Below, in pieces: positions 62,251-64,000 of a DNA stretch of 64,000 nt (positions within the stretch are counted from its first letter, which is position 1; every line of letters begins with the position of its first letter). This stretch comes from Basidiobolus meristosporus CBS 931.73 (taxonomy: Eukaryota; Fungi; Basidiobolomycota). The stretch is taken from assembly GCA_002104905.1 (NCBI GenBank), contig MCFE01000447.1:9461-73460 (forward strand), given 5' to 3'. Made by a program: the position numbers and the translations under genes. The notes beneath the pieces are model-generated. The model ran no database searches, was not told where the DNA came from, and was given only the letters and a program-made list of their open reading frames with translations.

Positions 62251-64000
62251 GGTGGTGGGATGAGACCTTGTAGGGCAGTAGTTCTTGTAGTAACAGAGAA
62301 GCACAACAAGGGTCCTCCTTGAGTAGATTGGGTAGATGGCCCACCATATTTGGTATGGATCTCCTCTAATGTGTCAAAAGAAAATCCAGTGGCACTGTTG
62401 GGACTGGTGAGAAAAGGCCTTTCAAATGAGTAAGTAATATCAATATTGGTAAGTGATTGTACAGAAATGAGCTATCAAGGCAACAGTTCCAAAGTATTAG
62501 ATAGAGGGCAAGTAAGCACTTCAAAGAATCAGAAGGTGAGCTTGAAGAGGTAGAATCCAGACCATGGCATCAGAATCAGGACTGCATCAGCATACCTTGC
62601 TGTATCTCTTACAAAGTCTTGCAACACCAGCATACTGGCACATGTTAGTTCAATCTATGCAAGCATCCTCCACAGGAGCACCACACACCAAGTTAATGAG
62701 TGGCTAATAGAAATACAACCAGAACTTGCCAACACAGGTCTGCTGGTGCAGGCTAAGTTACACAAACATCTAGCATCTCATTGCACTCTGCTAAGGCAAT
62801 GCCAACACATTGGCTTGTGCCTGCATGGGGTGCTACACCCAACCATCAGCAAGTTACTTCTGGCTAACTGGTTGATGACAATCCACTGGAAGTACCTCCA
62901 CAGTAGGAGCCTTTGGCAAGTAAAGCAATAGACTTATTCCATATGATAGTGCCAAGTTGAGCAATGACTGCCAAATAGTGCCATAGCATGCCAGAGAGGC
63001 AAAGTAGAACTGTGCCCTTGGTCACAGAGTGTGAAATATAGTTCCTAGATACTCATACAATGCAGCTCCTGTGTTTCACTCACTGTACAGGAGAAAATTC
63101 ATTGTTTGACCATTTTTTTGGGATCAATATTGTGCATGATGTGCACAAACACAGAGGACTGAAGATAAGCATTTGATACTCAATACCAATGGCACTCTGA
63201 ATCTGGCTCCAGAGGTCTGTACATGTCACCAAGAATGCATGGCACTATATTGGTCTACTGATACTATCTAGCACTACAAGTGCTTTGTAATGGTCTTACT
63301 TCAGTGCTAATCTTAAATATAGTGCCATACAATACCAGTGGCCCCAGATAGTGTCATGCTTTTTGAGACATGTTACAGATTTCTGGAGCTAGATTCAGAG
63401 TGGCATGGGTCTTTGGGTATCAGATGCATAGTCTTTAATCTTTCTAGGTTTTGGCACATCATGAAGTATATTGATCCCAAAAAAAGTCAAAAAATGGATT
63501 TTCTCTAGCTCAGTGAGTGAAGTACCAGTGCTGCTTTGCATGAAGAACAATGTTTCACACTCTGTGGCCAAGTATATGCCTACTTGGACACTCTGGCACA
63601 CTATGACATTATTTGGCACTCCAATGGAACAAGTCTAATATGTAAGTGCATGGCAACTCAAGCTGTTCTGTAGCATTATATGGAGCAATTCAGCATGGAC
63701 AAGCTACAGGACTGCATTTATCAACCATAAGGCAAGAAACTGACTACAAGCACACCAGTGGCCAAAATGATAGTCAATAAGATAGTAGTTTAGGTACACA
63801 AAATGAATCACTACCAGATACTTCAGTAGTAGTCCCTGTGAGAAAAAAACTAGAAGATAATGCAATTGTGTTGAGCTGCTGTAATATTTCATGATCCAAA
63901 AAATGCATTTTTGTGGTGATCCAAATCAAACTATTGCTAACTAATGTTGACTAAACTCATGATATTAGTAATATCAATGTTGTTGCACATCAGAGACAGA
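62250..64000 (-). mobile_element. Third, internally deleted PHIS/Pangu-like copy in reverse orientation, running off the window end
   Basis: ~62260-62440 matches the reverse complement of 11220-11410. ~62650-62929 and 63640-64000 match the reverse complement of ~10150-9490. Confidence 0.75.
62930..63636. mobile_element. Third, more diverged foldback MITE, 707 bp
   Basis: Ends AGACTTATTCC / GGAACAAGTCT. TSD AAT (62927-62929, 63637-63639). Internal arms homologous to 54102-54835. Confidence 0.88.

Noticed and set aside
63834-63850. CCCTGTGAGAAAAAAAC (also reversed at 9641-9657) as a CACTA TIR
   Set aside because: Homology between the two sites continues on both sides, so it is internal PHIS sequence, not a terminus.

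Overview
Eukaryotic, probably fungal, transposon-dense region. I found no host gene, rRNA, tRNA or CRISPR array. The window is a stack of nested elements, many with recoverable target-site duplications (TSDs). (1) A young intact Ty1/copia (13224-17909) with LTRs identical by eye, a 5-bp TSD and a 1305-aa ORF. (2) A near-intact Ty3/gypsy (28324-33261) with one nonsense codon, plus several decayed copies. This family makes 4-bp TSDs and appears to pair a chromovirus-like RT/RNase H with a non-chromoviral-type integrase. (3) An older copia family (B) with three large decayed copies plus fragments. (4) A two-ORF PHIS/Harbinger-type DNA transposon with ANT TSDs (Pangu-like), an unrecognised second ORF, and three ~0.7-kb foldback MITEs sharing its ends. 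(5) CACTA/EnSpm-type (Tnp2-like) relics with CCCT(A/G)TG ends and a 320-bp MITE. (6) An LTR-bounded gag-protease cassette lacking a PBS or PPT at its LTRs and carrying 13 GGGG tracts. Decay of older copies is dominated by CpG transitions. All alignments and identities were made by eye, and clade assignments rest on motif recognition, not database searches.
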